Positions 18,426-26,901 of a DNA stretch of 64,000 nt are shown piece after piece; the stretch's first letter is position 1; the number at the start of each line of letters is the position of its first letter. Source of the stretch: Spirochaetia bacterium (GTDB lineage: Bacteria; Spirochaetota; Spirochaetia; SZUA-6; Bin103); contig CBDBDQ010000005.1 of the NCBI GenBank assembly GCA_965203905.1, positions 1,824,001-1,888,000 on the forward strand. The letters are read 5' to 3'. The notes beneath the pieces are model-generated. The model worked only from the letters and a program-made list of their open reading frames with translations, made no database searches and was not told the origin of the DNA. The position numbers and the translations under genes are program-made.

Positions 18426-18564
18426 CGCCGGCGGCGCATTTCGCTCAGCCTGCCGCTCTCCCAAGCCGAGAATTAGAGAAACAGACTAGCCCTGCGCTGG
18501 GGGAACCGTGCGCCCACACCCTGAGTCCGATCCGAGCGAAACCACTATCATTGCGGCTGCCCCG

Positions 18565-19965
18565 ATGCGGCCCGAGCGGCGCCACGTCGCCATTGGCGGC
18601 GCTGGCCACGCTGCGCCGCCGGCGGCGAGAGGCGGGCGTTTCTACAGCGTCCGCGGCGGCCGCCCGCTGCGTGGCGAGATCCAGGTCGCCGGAGCGAAGA
18701 ACGCCGCCCCCAAGCTGATCATCGCCGCCTTGCTGGCGTCCGAGCCGAGCGTTCTGGACAACGTCCCCCGTATCGGCGAGGTGGAGCTGACGCTGCGCAT
18801 CTGCTCCGCCCTCGGCGTGCGCTGGCGTTGGCTGGGCGAGGCCAGCCTCGAAATCGATCCGTCCACGGTCACCGACTGGCGCATCCCGGCGGACGTGAGT
18901 CCGGAGCACCGCTGCTGCGTGATCTTCCTGGCGGTGCTGTTGCAGCGCGTGGGCCGCGCCCAGATCGCCTCGATCGGCGGCGATGCCATCGGCCGGCGGC
19001 CGATCGACTACCATCTCGCCGGGCTGTGCAGCCTGGGCGCGGAGGTGGAACGCAGCGACGGGCTGACCCGCCTGCGCTGCAGCGCGCTGCGTGGCAACTC
19101 CGTCCGCCTGGACTACCCCAGCGTCGGAGCCACCGAGCAGCTGCTGCTGGCGGCCGCGACCGCCACCGGGCGCACGCTGATCCGCAACGCGGCCACAGAG
19201 CCGGAGATCTGCAACCTGGTGGGGTTCCTGCGTGCGATGGGGGCCCGCATTCACCAGCGGGGACGTACCTGGGTGATCGATGGCGTGGCGGCACTGCACG
19301 GCGCCCGCCACCGCGTAATCGGCGACCGCCTGGAAGCCGCCTCCTACGCGGCGGCGGCGGTCGCTACCCGCGGCGACATCTTCGTGCGCGACGCCGAGCC
19401 GGCGCACCTGAGCAGCTTCCTCGCCATCCTGCGCGCGGCGGGCGGAGAGTGCGAGATCGACAGCGCGGGAATCCGCTTCCGCGGCCCGCGGGCGCCGCAA
19501 CCGGTCACGGTGGAGACCGCTCCGCATCCCGGATTCATGACCGACTGGCAGCCGCCGCTGGTGGTGCTGCTTACCCAGGCCGAAGGCGTCTCCACGGTGC
19601 ACGAGACCGTCTACGAACAGCGGCTCGGGTACGTCGGCGCGCTCGGCGAGATGAGCGCCGCAATCGATCTGCACACCACCTGCCTCGGCACCGGCGCGTG
19701 TCGGTTCCATAACCGTGGCTGCGTCCACAGCGCTCTCATCACCGGCCCGAGCTCGCTGGTGGGGTGCGATCTGGAAGTGCCCGATCTGCGTGCCGGCTTC
19801 GCCTACCTGATGGCCGCGCTGGTGGCGGAAGGGGAGAGCACGCTCACCGAGGTCGGCAACATAGAACGCGGCTACCAGTCGGTGCTCGCCAAGATCCAGG
19901 GCCTGGGCGGTCAGATCGAGGATGGCTTCCTGGAGTTGCCGGCTGCACAGCGCGCCACGGCCTGA
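18565..19965 (+). CDS. murA: UDP-N-acetylglucosamine 1-carboxyvinyltransferase (Asp active-site variant)
   Basis: GAKNA, GGDAIGRRPIDYH, SVGATE, NAATEPE, DRLEA, HPGFMTD, PDLRAG, ERGY; start uncertain. Confidence 0.9.
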   Translation: MRPERRHVAIGGAGHAAPPAARGGRFYSVRGGRPLRGEIQVAGAKNAAPKLIIAALLASEPSVLDNVPRIGEVELTLRICSALGVRWRWLGEASLEIDPSTVTDWRIPADVSPEHRCCVIFLAVLLQRVGRAQIASIGGDAIGRRPIDYHLAGLCSLGAEVERSDGLTRLRCSALRGNSVRLDYPSVGATEQLLLAAATATGRTLIRNAATEPEICNLVGFLRAMGARIHQRGRTWVIDGVAALHGARHRVIGDRLEAASYAAAAVATRGDIFVRDAEPAHLSSFLAILRAAGGECEIDSAGIRFRGPRAPQPVTVETAPHPGFMTDWQPPLVVLLTQAEGVSTVHETVYEQRLGYVGALGEMSAAIDLHTTCLGTGACRFHNRGCVHSALITGPSSLVGCDLEVPDLRAGFAYLMAALVAEGESTLTEVGNIERGYQSVLAKIQGLGGQIEDGFLELPAAQRATA

Positions 19966-20016
19966 CGCTCCGGCGGCGGCGGCGGCCGCACGATCTCGGC
20001 AGATGGGGGGCGCCGG

Positions 20017-20832
20017 ATGAGGCGCTCGTTCCCGATGTGGCGCGAGCGGCTGCGCAGCATCATCTTCCTGGCCGACACCCGCGCCGGCAGGCTGTTCGAC
20101 GTGGTCCTGATCGTGGCGATCATCGCCAGCGTCCTGGTGGTGCTGTTGGAGAGCTCGGTCACCACCGGGGAGGCCTGGTCCGTGCCGCTGCGGGCGGCGG
20201 AGTGGACGTTCACCTCGATCTTCCTGCTGGAGTACCTGGCGCGCCTGATAGCGGTTCGGCAGCCGCTGCGCTACATGGTCAGCTTCTTCGGGATCATCGA
20301 CCTGTTGGCGGTGCTGCCCGCGTTCCTCGGACTGATTCTGCCCGGCAGCCACTACCTGACGGTGCTGCGGCTGTTGCGCGTGTTGCGCGTCTTCCGCGTG
20401 CTGAAGCTGGTGCCCTACATGGCGGAGGCCGCGGTGATCATGGGTGCCCTGCGTGCCAGCCGGCGCAAGATCACCGTGTTCCTGTTCAGCGTGCTGATCA
20501 TCGCCGTGGTCCTGGGTTCGTTGATCTACGTGATCGAGGGAGAGGAGAACGGCTTCACCAGTATCCCCCAGAGCATGTACTGGACCATCGTGACCCTCAC
20601 CACCGTGGGCTATGGCGACCTCACCCCGCGCACCGGACTGGGCCAGGCGCTCGCCGCCGTGATCATGATCATGGGGTACGGCATCATCGCCGTGCCCACC
20701 GGCCTGGTCACTGCCCAGGTGGTCTCCGAGACCATGCACGCCCGTGACCGGCGGCGCTGTCGGGCATGCGGCAGAGCGGGCCATGAGCGCGATGCCGACT
20801 TCTGCCGGCACTGCGGGGAACAGCTGCGCTGA
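20017..20832 (+). CDS. Voltage-gated potassium channel / ion transporter
   Basis: S4 repeat RLLRVLRVFRVLK, TTVGYGD filter, C-terminal CxxC...CxxC. Confidence 0.93.
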   Translation: MRRSFPMWRERLRSIIFLADTRAGRLFDVVLIVAIIASVLVVLLESSVTTGEAWSVPLRAAEWTFTSIFLLEYLARLIAVRQPLRYMVSFFGIIDLLAVLPAFLGLILPGSHYLTVLRLLRVLRVFRVLKLVPYMAEAAVIMGALRASRRKITVFLFSVLIIAVVLGSLIYVIEGEENGFTSIPQSMYWTIVTLTTVGYGDLTPRTGLGQALAAVIMIMGYGIIAVPTGLVTAQVVSETMHARDRRRCRACGRAGHERDADFCRHCGEQLR

Positions 20833-20881
20833 GCATGGAAGGCGTGCCCGCGCACGGTCTCCCAACGGTCTCCCTACCCCC

Positions 20882-20910
20882 GTGACGCGGGCGCCGGCAT
20901 TCGGTATAGT
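20882..20910 (+). promoter_or_regulatory. Sigma70-type promoter of the histone gene
   Basis: GTGACG-17 nt-TATAGT; RBS AAGGAG at 20948-20953. Confidence 0.55.
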
Positions 20911-20962
20911 CGCTCCGTGTCGTTTCCGAGGGAACCATCTTTAAGATAAGGAGCGTAGCCAA

Positions 20963-21142
20963 ATGGCCGAGATCCTGATTGTAACTTCCAAGGTCAAGAA
21001 CTACATCAAAGAGGCGGGGATGAACACGGCGGCCTCGGTAGCCGAGGCACTCTCAGAGAAGGTGCGCCAGGTGTGCGACGAGGCGATGGAGAACGCCCGC
21101 AAGGCGAAGCGCAAGACGGTTCGCGACACCGACATAACCTGA
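20963..21142 (+). CDS. Bacterial histone-fold protein (59 aa)
   Basis: MAEILIVTSKVKNYIKEAGMNTAASVAEALSEKVRQVCDEAMENARKAKRKTVRDTDIT; RKTVxxxD histone L2 motif; own promoter and RBS; below ORF-track size cutoff. Confidence 0.88.
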   Translation: MAEILIVTSKVKNYIKEAGMNTAASVAEALSEKVRQVCDEAMENARKAKRKTVRDTDIT

Positions 21143-21173
21143 GCCGCCTTCAGGTTCCGGTGTAGCGCCCCGA

Positions 21174-21198
21174 GACCGCCGCCTCGCGGCGTCGCTTT
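21174..21198 (+). terminator. Possible terminator after the histone gene
   Basis: CGCCGC-CTC-GCGGCG stem followed by a short T run. Confidence 0.4.
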
Positions 21199-21263
21199 CG
21201 GCCCAGCCCTGCCTACCGTACGGAGTCCTGTCGATCTGCCGCTGGCGCCAATCCGGCAGACTC

Positions 21264-22622
21264 CTAACGGTCGGCCTCGATGGCGGGGTCGAGCGCCTCG
21301 CGTGCTTCCGCCGCTACCGCCAGCGAGCCGGTGGCGAGCACCAGGTCGGTGCCGTCGGCAGTGGCCAGCAGACGGTGCAGGGTGTCCGCCACCGGCAGCG
21401 AGCTGGCATGCGCGGCGATCCCCGCCGCCTGCAGCGCGGCGGCCAGGTCGGCGGCCGCCATGGCTCGCGGATGCCGCGAGCGAACTACGGTGAGCGAGTT
21501 CGCGAGTGGGCGCAGCAGGCGCAGCGTTGCCACGCCGTTGTGACCCTCGAGGCCTCCGACCAGTGCCTGCAGCCGAGGTCGTGGCCGCAGCCGCAGCAAC
21601 TCGGCAACCAGTTGCCCCATGGCACGCGGGCAGTGGGCACCGTCGGCCACTACCGTCACCGGCCGCCGCTGCAACACCTCGAAGCGGGCCGGCCAGGTGA
21701 CCCGTTCCAGCCCGCCGCGGATGGCAGCCGTGGTCAGCGGGACGCCCAGATCGATCAGCCGTTCCGCGGCGACCAGCGCCACGACCCCGTTCTCGCGCTG
21801 GGCGGCGCCGCGCAACGGCAACGCCACCCGGTAGGCGTCGTGGCGCCCGCGCCAGTGCAGTTGCTGGTGCGCTTGCGCCAGCGGGTCGCCGGCACGCGGG
21901 GACGGCTGGGGTGCCACCCGGTCGAGGAGGGCGCCCTGGCGTTGCGCGGCACGCGCCAGCACGGCGTGCACGGAGGGAATCTGCGGCGCCACCACGACCG
22001 GCACCCCCGGTTTAATGATCCCGGCCTTGGCGCGGGCGATGTCGAGCAGGGTGGTGCCGAGCGCCGGAATGTGATCGCGGCTGATATTTGTGATCACGGA
22101 CAGCAGCGGCTGCACTATATTGGTGATGTCGTCGCGGCCGCCGACGAACGCCTCGACCACCTGGTAGGCCGCCCCCGCCTCGCGGAAGTGATGCAGCGCC
22201 ATTGCCGTCAACAGCTCGAGCGTAGTGACCTGACCATCCGGGCCGGAGAATTCGGGGTGGTGCGCCACCGCCTGCGCTGCCGGCCACACCTGGGCGAACA
22301 GGGAGGCGAACTGCTGGCGGCCGATCGGCGTCAGGCCGAGTCGGATCCGTTCGACCATGGCGTGGAGGTGGGGCGAGGTGAACAGCCCGACGCGCAGCCC
22401 GGCACGGTCCAGAATCGAGGCGATCATGGCCGCGGTGGAGCCCTTGCCGTTGGTGCCGGCGACGTGGATGGTGGGAACCGCCAGGTGCGGGTTTCCCAGT
22501 TGCCGCAGCAGGACGCGCATGCGTGGCGCACGGCTGCGCCGGCCATGAGTCTTGCCGCGGCGCAGGTCGGTGAGGCCGATGAGGCGTTCGAGGGCCGCCT
22601 CGTAGGCAGCGTGCTCGCCCAC
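21264..22622 (-). CDS. folC: Folylpolyglutamate synthase/dihydrofolate synthase
   Basis: IHVAGTNGKGST, FTSPHL, ERIR, ITNISRDH, KAGIIK, WPARFE, DGAH; start approximate. Confidence 0.9.
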   Translation of the reverse strand: MGEHAAYEAALERLIGLTDLRRGKTHGRRSRAPRMRVLLRQLGNPHLAVPTIHVAGTNGKGSTAAMIASILDRAGLRVGLFTSPHLHAMVERIRLGLTPIGRQQFASLFAQVWPAAQAVAHHPEFSGPDGQVTTLELLTAMALHHFREAGAAYQVVEAFVGGRDDITNIVQPLLSVITNISRDHIPALGTTLLDIARAKAGIIKPGVPVVVAPQIPSVHAVLARAAQRQGALLDRVAPQPSPRAGDPLAQAHQQLHWRGRHDAYRVALPLRGAAQRENGVVALVAAERLIDLGVPLTTAAIRGGLERVTWPARFEVLQRRPVTVVADGAHCPRAMGQLVAELLRLRPRPRLQALVGGLEGHNGVATLRLLRPLANSLTVVRSRHPRAMAAADLAAALQAAGIAAHASSLPVADTLHRLLATADGTDLVLATGSLAVAAEAREALDPAIEADR

Positions 22623-22681
22623 GGCGCGACGGTAACCGGCGCCGAATACCGTGTAAAGGCGATGCCTTGCAGAGGGCCACG

Positions 22682-23482
22682 GTGAACGGCGCACGCAAGG
22701 ACCGGGACTGGTTGGCGGGCACCAGCTACCCCGGTCGCGGCCTCGCGGTCGGCTGCACGGCGGACGGCGGCGCCAGCGTGCAACTGTACTGGATCATGGG
22801 CCGCAGCAGCAGCAGCCGCAACCGGCGTTTCGTCGCCGCCGGGAGCGGTGCGGTGCAGGTGGTGGTGGCCGACCCCGGCGCCGGCACGCCGGGCGGCGAT
22901 CCCAGCCTCATCCTGTACCGGGCGCTGGCGGTCGCCCAGGCGGGGGCGAAGGACAGCGCGGCGTCAGGCCCGCAGCCCGCCCGCGCCGTGCACGTGGTGG
23001 CCAACGGCGACCAGACCGACACCATTGCCGCGGGGCTGGCCGCCGGGGACTCCTTTGCCGCCGCCTTCGCACGCCGTGACGTGGAGCCGGACCCGCCCCA
23101 CTACACGCCGCGCATCGCCGGCATGGCGGCAGCCGGCGGGGCGGGCGGCTATGAACTGGCGATCATCAAGACCGCCGCCGGCGACCCGCGCCAGGTGAGT
23201 TTCCAGCACTTCGTATACCGGAGCCCCTGTCGCGGGTGGGGGCACTGCATCACCACCTACGAGGGCGACGGCTCCCCGCTGCCGTCGTTCCAGGGCGAGC
23301 CGTTTCTCCTGCCGCTGGCCGCTACCCCGCGGGAGGCGGTGCGGGAGCTGTGGGGCCTGCTCGATCCCGACAACCGCGTCGCCGCGCTGGCCAAGTTCGT
23401 CGACCGCACCACGGGAGCGGTGAGCATGGAGATCGTCAACCGTCACGCGGGCGGCGGCCAGCGTTCGGGAGGCGCGTGCTGA
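22682..23482 (+). CDS. IMP cyclohydrolase-like protein (PurO-type)
   Basis: YPGRG, YWIMGRS...SRNR, DPSLILY, NGDQTDTI, EPDPPHYTPRI, PLPSFQGEP. Confidence 0.85.
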   Translation: MNGARKDRDWLAGTSYPGRGLAVGCTADGGASVQLYWIMGRSSSSRNRRFVAAGSGAVQVVVADPGAGTPGGDPSLILYRALAVAQAGAKDSAASGPQPARAVHVVANGDQTDTIAAGLAAGDSFAAAFARRDVEPDPPHYTPRIAGMAAAGGAGGYELAIIKTAAGDPRQVSFQHFVYRSPCRGWGHCITTYEGDGSPLPSFQGEPFLLPLAATPREAVRELWGLLDPDNRVAALAKFVDRTTGAVSMEIVNRHAGGGQRSGGAC

Positions 23483-24111
23483 TGGGGGGATGCCGCCGCT
23501 GCGACTGGTGCGCCGGGGACGAGCTGATGCTGGCATACCACGACACCGAGTGGGGCACGCCGATTTGGGACGACGACCGCCGGCAGTTCGAGTTCCTGGT
23601 GCTGGAAGGGGCGCAGGCGGGACTGAGTTGGCGTACCATCCTGCACAAGCGCACCGGCTATCGGCGCGCGTACCGCAACTTCGAGGTCGCGCGGGTGGCA
23701 CGCTACGGTGAGGCCGAGCGGGCGGCGCTGCTGGCGGACCCGGGCATCGTGCGCAACCGGCTGAAGGTGACGGCGTCGATCGGCAACGCCCGCGCCTTTC
23801 TCGCCGTGCAGGAGCAGTTCGGCAGCTTCTGCTCCTATCTGTGGAGCTTCGTCGACGGCCGCCCCGTGGTGGGCGGGTGGCGCACCGGCGGCGAGGTTCC
23901 GGCCGAGACCGAGTTGTCGCGGCGGGTGAGCCGAGACCTCAAGGCACGCGGCTTTCGTTTCGTGGGCCCCACCATCGTGTACTCCCATCTGCAGGCGGTG
24001 GGAGTCGTCAACGACCACGTGGTCGACTGCTTTCGCCATGCCGAGCTGACCGCTGCCGCCGGGGCCCGAACGCCTGCTACCAATACCAACACAGCAAGGA
24101 ATCAAATATGA
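23482..24111 (+). CDS. tag: DNA-3-methyladenine glycosylase I
   Basis: RCDW...YHDTEWG, LEGAQAGLSW, IVRNRLK, GFRFVGPT, NDHVVDC. Confidence 0.95.
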   Translation: MGGCRRCDWCAGDELMLAYHDTEWGTPIWDDDRRQFEFLVLEGAQAGLSWRTILHKRTGYRRAYRNFEVARVARYGEAERAALLADPGIVRNRLKVTASIGNARAFLAVQEQFGSFCSYLWSFVDGRPVVGGWRTGGEVPAETELSRRVSRDLKARGFRFVGPTIVYSHLQAVGVVNDHVVDCFRHAELTAAAGARTPATNTNTARNQI

Positions 24112-24962
24112 GTTCAAGCAACAGTGCCGAGCGCCGTCTGGCCGTCCTGATCGACGGCGACAACGCTCAGGCTACGCAGATCGAACACGTCATGAAGGAA
24201 GTCGTGAAGTTTGGAGTGGTCACGATTCGCCGCATCTACGGCGACTGGACCACGACCCAGCTCGACTCGTGGAAGAAGAAGCTGCCGGTGCACGCCATTC
24301 AGCCGGTCCAGCAGTTCCGCAACACGGTGGGCAAGAATGCCACCGACTCGGCCATGATCATCGATGCCATGGACATCCTCTACAGCGATCATGTGGGTGG
24401 TTTCGTCATCGTCTCCAGCGACAGCGACTACACCAAGCTCGCGATTCGTCTGCGGGAGGCGGGCATGGAGGTGATCGGCATCGGCAAGCACCACACCCCG
24501 AAACCGTTCGTGAACGCCTGCAACGAGTTCCGCTACGTCGAGAACATCATGAAGAGCTACGAGAGCGACGGTCGGCGGCGGCGCACCCGGCGCCGAGACG
24601 TACGGAGCGGTGATGGAGCCGGCACTGCCGAGGGAGCGGGGAGCGCCGATGGTTCCGGCTACGGAGCCGGGAGCGCCGACGGCGCCGGGACCGGCTATGG
24701 AACGGCGGCCACCGACGAGGACCCGGATCTGATCTCCATCGTCACCGAGGCGCACGAGATGGTGGACCAGGAATCGGCGTGGGTGGACCTGCGCAAGATC
24801 GCCAACAACCTCAAGAAGCTCGACCCGGCGTTCGACCCGCGCACCTACGGCTCCTCCAAGCTGGTCAAGATCATCGCCGCGCGCGGCGACGCGTTCGAGG
24901 TGAAGCGGGACCGGGTGCGGCAGCGCATCATGGTGCGGGTCAAGGAACCGGTCGATCGCTGA
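24108..24962 (+). CDS. NYN (LabA/DUF88) domain protein with C-terminal OST-HTH
   Basis: LAVLIDGDN, RRIYGDW, GKNATD, VSSDSDY, FDPRTYG. Confidence 0.92.
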   Translation: MSSSNSAERRLAVLIDGDNAQATQIEHVMKEVVKFGVVTIRRIYGDWTTTQLDSWKKKLPVHAIQPVQQFRNTVGKNATDSAMIIDAMDILYSDHVGGFVIVSSDSDYTKLAIRLREAGMEVIGIGKHHTPKPFVNACNEFRYVENIMKSYESDGRRRRTRRRDVRSGDGAGTAEGAGSADGSGYGAGSADGAGTGYGTAATDEDPDLISIVTEAHEMVDQESAWVDLRKIANNLKKLDPAFDPRTYGSSKLVKIIAARGDAFEVKRDRVRQRIMVRVKEPVDR

Positions 24963-24964
24963 CC

Positions 24965-26008
24965 GTGACGCTCAGCTACGCCGCGGCGGGGGTGGACATT
25001 GACGCCGCCGATGCCGCCAAGCGGGACATGGCACGCCTGCTCGCGCCGCACGACCGCCGCATCCTCAACGGGGTGGGACCGTTTGCCACCCTCATCGACG
25101 CCAGGTTCTCCGACTACCGCCATCCGGTCATCGTGTTCAAGACCGAGGAGCCCGGCAGCAAGCAGAAGCTGGCGGTCGCCCACGGCGCCTACCGCTCCAT
25201 CTGCTTCGATCTGGTCAATCACCTGATCGACGACATCGTGGTGATGGGCGCGCTGCCGGTGGCGGTCCAGGACGCCATCATCTGCGGCGTGCTGCAGCCG
25301 GAGGTGGTGACCGCCATGGTGGCGGCGCTGGCGGAGGCGTGCCGGGCGCAGGAGTGCAGCCTCACCGGCGGCGAGACCTCGGAGCAGCCGGGGGTCCTGG
25401 AGCCCGGCACCTACGTGCTGGCCGCCAGCGTGGTGGGGGTGGTGGAACGGGCGGCGGTGATCGACGGCAGCCGCATCGCCGCCGGCGACACGGTGCTGGC
25501 GCTGGCTTCCAACGGGGTGCACACCAACGGCTTCTCGCTGGTGCGGCGGCTGCTGCAGAGCGACCCCGCGCTCGCTGACCGGCCGGTGGGCGGATCGACC
25601 GTGATGGAGCAGCTCCTGCAGCCGCACCGCTGCTACCTGCCGGCGCTGCGTCCGTGCCTGGGAGGCGGCGACCTGCATGGACTGGCCCACGTCACGGGCG
25701 GCGGCATCGGCGACAACCTGCGCCGGGTGCTGCCCGCCGGAGTCGGCGCCGAGATCGACCTGTCGCGCATCGAGGTGCCGGAGATCTTCGGCGTGCTGCG
25801 CGGCGCCGGCGCGGTGGCCGACGCGGAGATGCTGCGCGTGTTCAACGTCGGCGTGGGCATGGCGGCGGTGGTGGCGCCGGGCGCCGAGGACGCGGTGCGG
25901 GCGGCGGCGGCGGCGGCCGGGGTGGCGTGCTACCCGGTGGGCCGCATCGTGGCGGCCGAGCGGGCCGACTCGGGAGCGGTGGCGTTCCACGGCGCCCTGC
26001 GCTGGTGA
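24965..26008 (+). CDS. purM: Phosphoribosylformylglycinamidine cyclo-ligase
   Basis: YAAAGVDID, GGETSE, SNGVHTNG, AHVTGGG, VFNVGVG. Confidence 0.93.
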   Translation: MTLSYAAAGVDIDAADAAKRDMARLLAPHDRRILNGVGPFATLIDARFSDYRHPVIVFKTEEPGSKQKLAVAHGAYRSICFDLVNHLIDDIVVMGALPVAVQDAIICGVLQPEVVTAMVAALAEACRAQECSLTGGETSEQPGVLEPGTYVLAASVVGVVERAAVIDGSRIAAGDTVLALASNGVHTNGFSLVRRLLQSDPALADRPVGGSTVMEQLLQPHRCYLPALRPCLGGGDLHGLAHVTGGGIGDNLRRVLPAGVGAEIDLSRIEVPEIFGVLRGAGAVADAEMLRVFNVGVGMAAVVAPGAEDAVRAAAAAAGVACYPVGRIVAAERADSGAVAFHGALRW

Positions 26009-26325
26009 GCACGCCGAGGCCGGCGGAAGGCTTGCTGCAGCGCATTGCCCACGTGGTGACGCAGATTCCGCGCGGACAGGTTGCGACCTACGGCCAGGTG
26101 GCGGCGCAGGCGGGCAACCCGCGCGCGGCGCGGCAGGTGGCCTGGGCCTTGCGGGCCTACGCCGGCCGCGGCCTGCCGTGGCATCGTGTGATCGGCGCCG
26201 GCGGGGTAATCCGCCTCCCGGAAGGCAACGGGCTGGAGCGCCAGCGCGCGCTGCTGCGGGCCGAAGGGGTGGCGGTGGACGGCGCCGGCCGCCTCGACCT
26301 GGCCGCATACCAATGGCGCCCGTGA
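26005..26325 (+). CDS. Alkyltransferase-like protein (MGMT family, Atl/YbaZ type)
   Basis: IPRGQVATYGQVA, ARQV, PWHRV (Trp in place of the catalytic Cys). Confidence 0.9.
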   Translation: MSTPRPAEGLLQRIAHVVTQIPRGQVATYGQVAAQAGNPRAARQVAWALRAYAGRGLPWHRVIGAGGVIRLPEGNGLERQRALLRAEGVAVDGAGRLDLAAYQWRP

Positions 26326-26876
26326 CCGGCACTGCGGGCGCCGCCGCGCCGGGTCCGGGGCCGCGCCGTCCCGCGCGCCGCTACCCGCGGCTGTGCTACG
26401 AGGAGAAGCGCTACCCGGACGGGCGCCGCAACCGCTTCCGCGCCCGCGTGCTGCTGCTGCGCCCGGGACACGGCGTGATGCACTTCGTCAGCGACCGCGC
26501 CTACGATCTCGGCGCCATCTTCCTGCCCCGCGGCACGGTCACCTTCGGCCTGTTCTGGGAGGACCGCCCCTACAACCTGTACGCCTGGATGGCCCCCGAC
26601 CTCACCGCCCCGCGCGCGCTCTACTTCAACATCTGCGACCAGACGGCGCTCAGCGCGCAGCGCTTCGACTGGCGCGACCTGTGGGTGGACATCCTGATCA
26701 CCCCGCACGCCGCCCCCCAAGTGCTGGACCGCCACGAGATACCCGCTACCGCCCCTCCGCCCCTGTGCGCCGCCATCGACGCCGCCGTAGGCCGGGTACT
26801 GACCGAACACCGCGAAGTAGCCCGCTACCTGCAAGCCCTGCTCCCCACCCTCCGCCACCGCGCCGCAATCCGGTAG
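26322..26876 (+). CDS. DUF402 domain protein
   Basis: FWEDRPYNLY, YFNICD, DLWVDI...VLDRHE. Confidence 0.8.
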   Translation: MTGTAGAAAPGPGPRRPARRYPRLCYEEKRYPDGRRNRFRARVLLLRPGHGVMHFVSDRAYDLGAIFLPRGTVTFGLFWEDRPYNLYAWMAPDLTAPRALYFNICDQTALSAQRFDWRDLWVDILITPHAAPQVLDRHEIPATAPPPLCAAIDAAVGRVLTEHREVARYLQALLPTLRHRAAIR

Positions 26877-26901
26877 AGCCGCCTCGCACCAAGGGTTGCT
26901 G

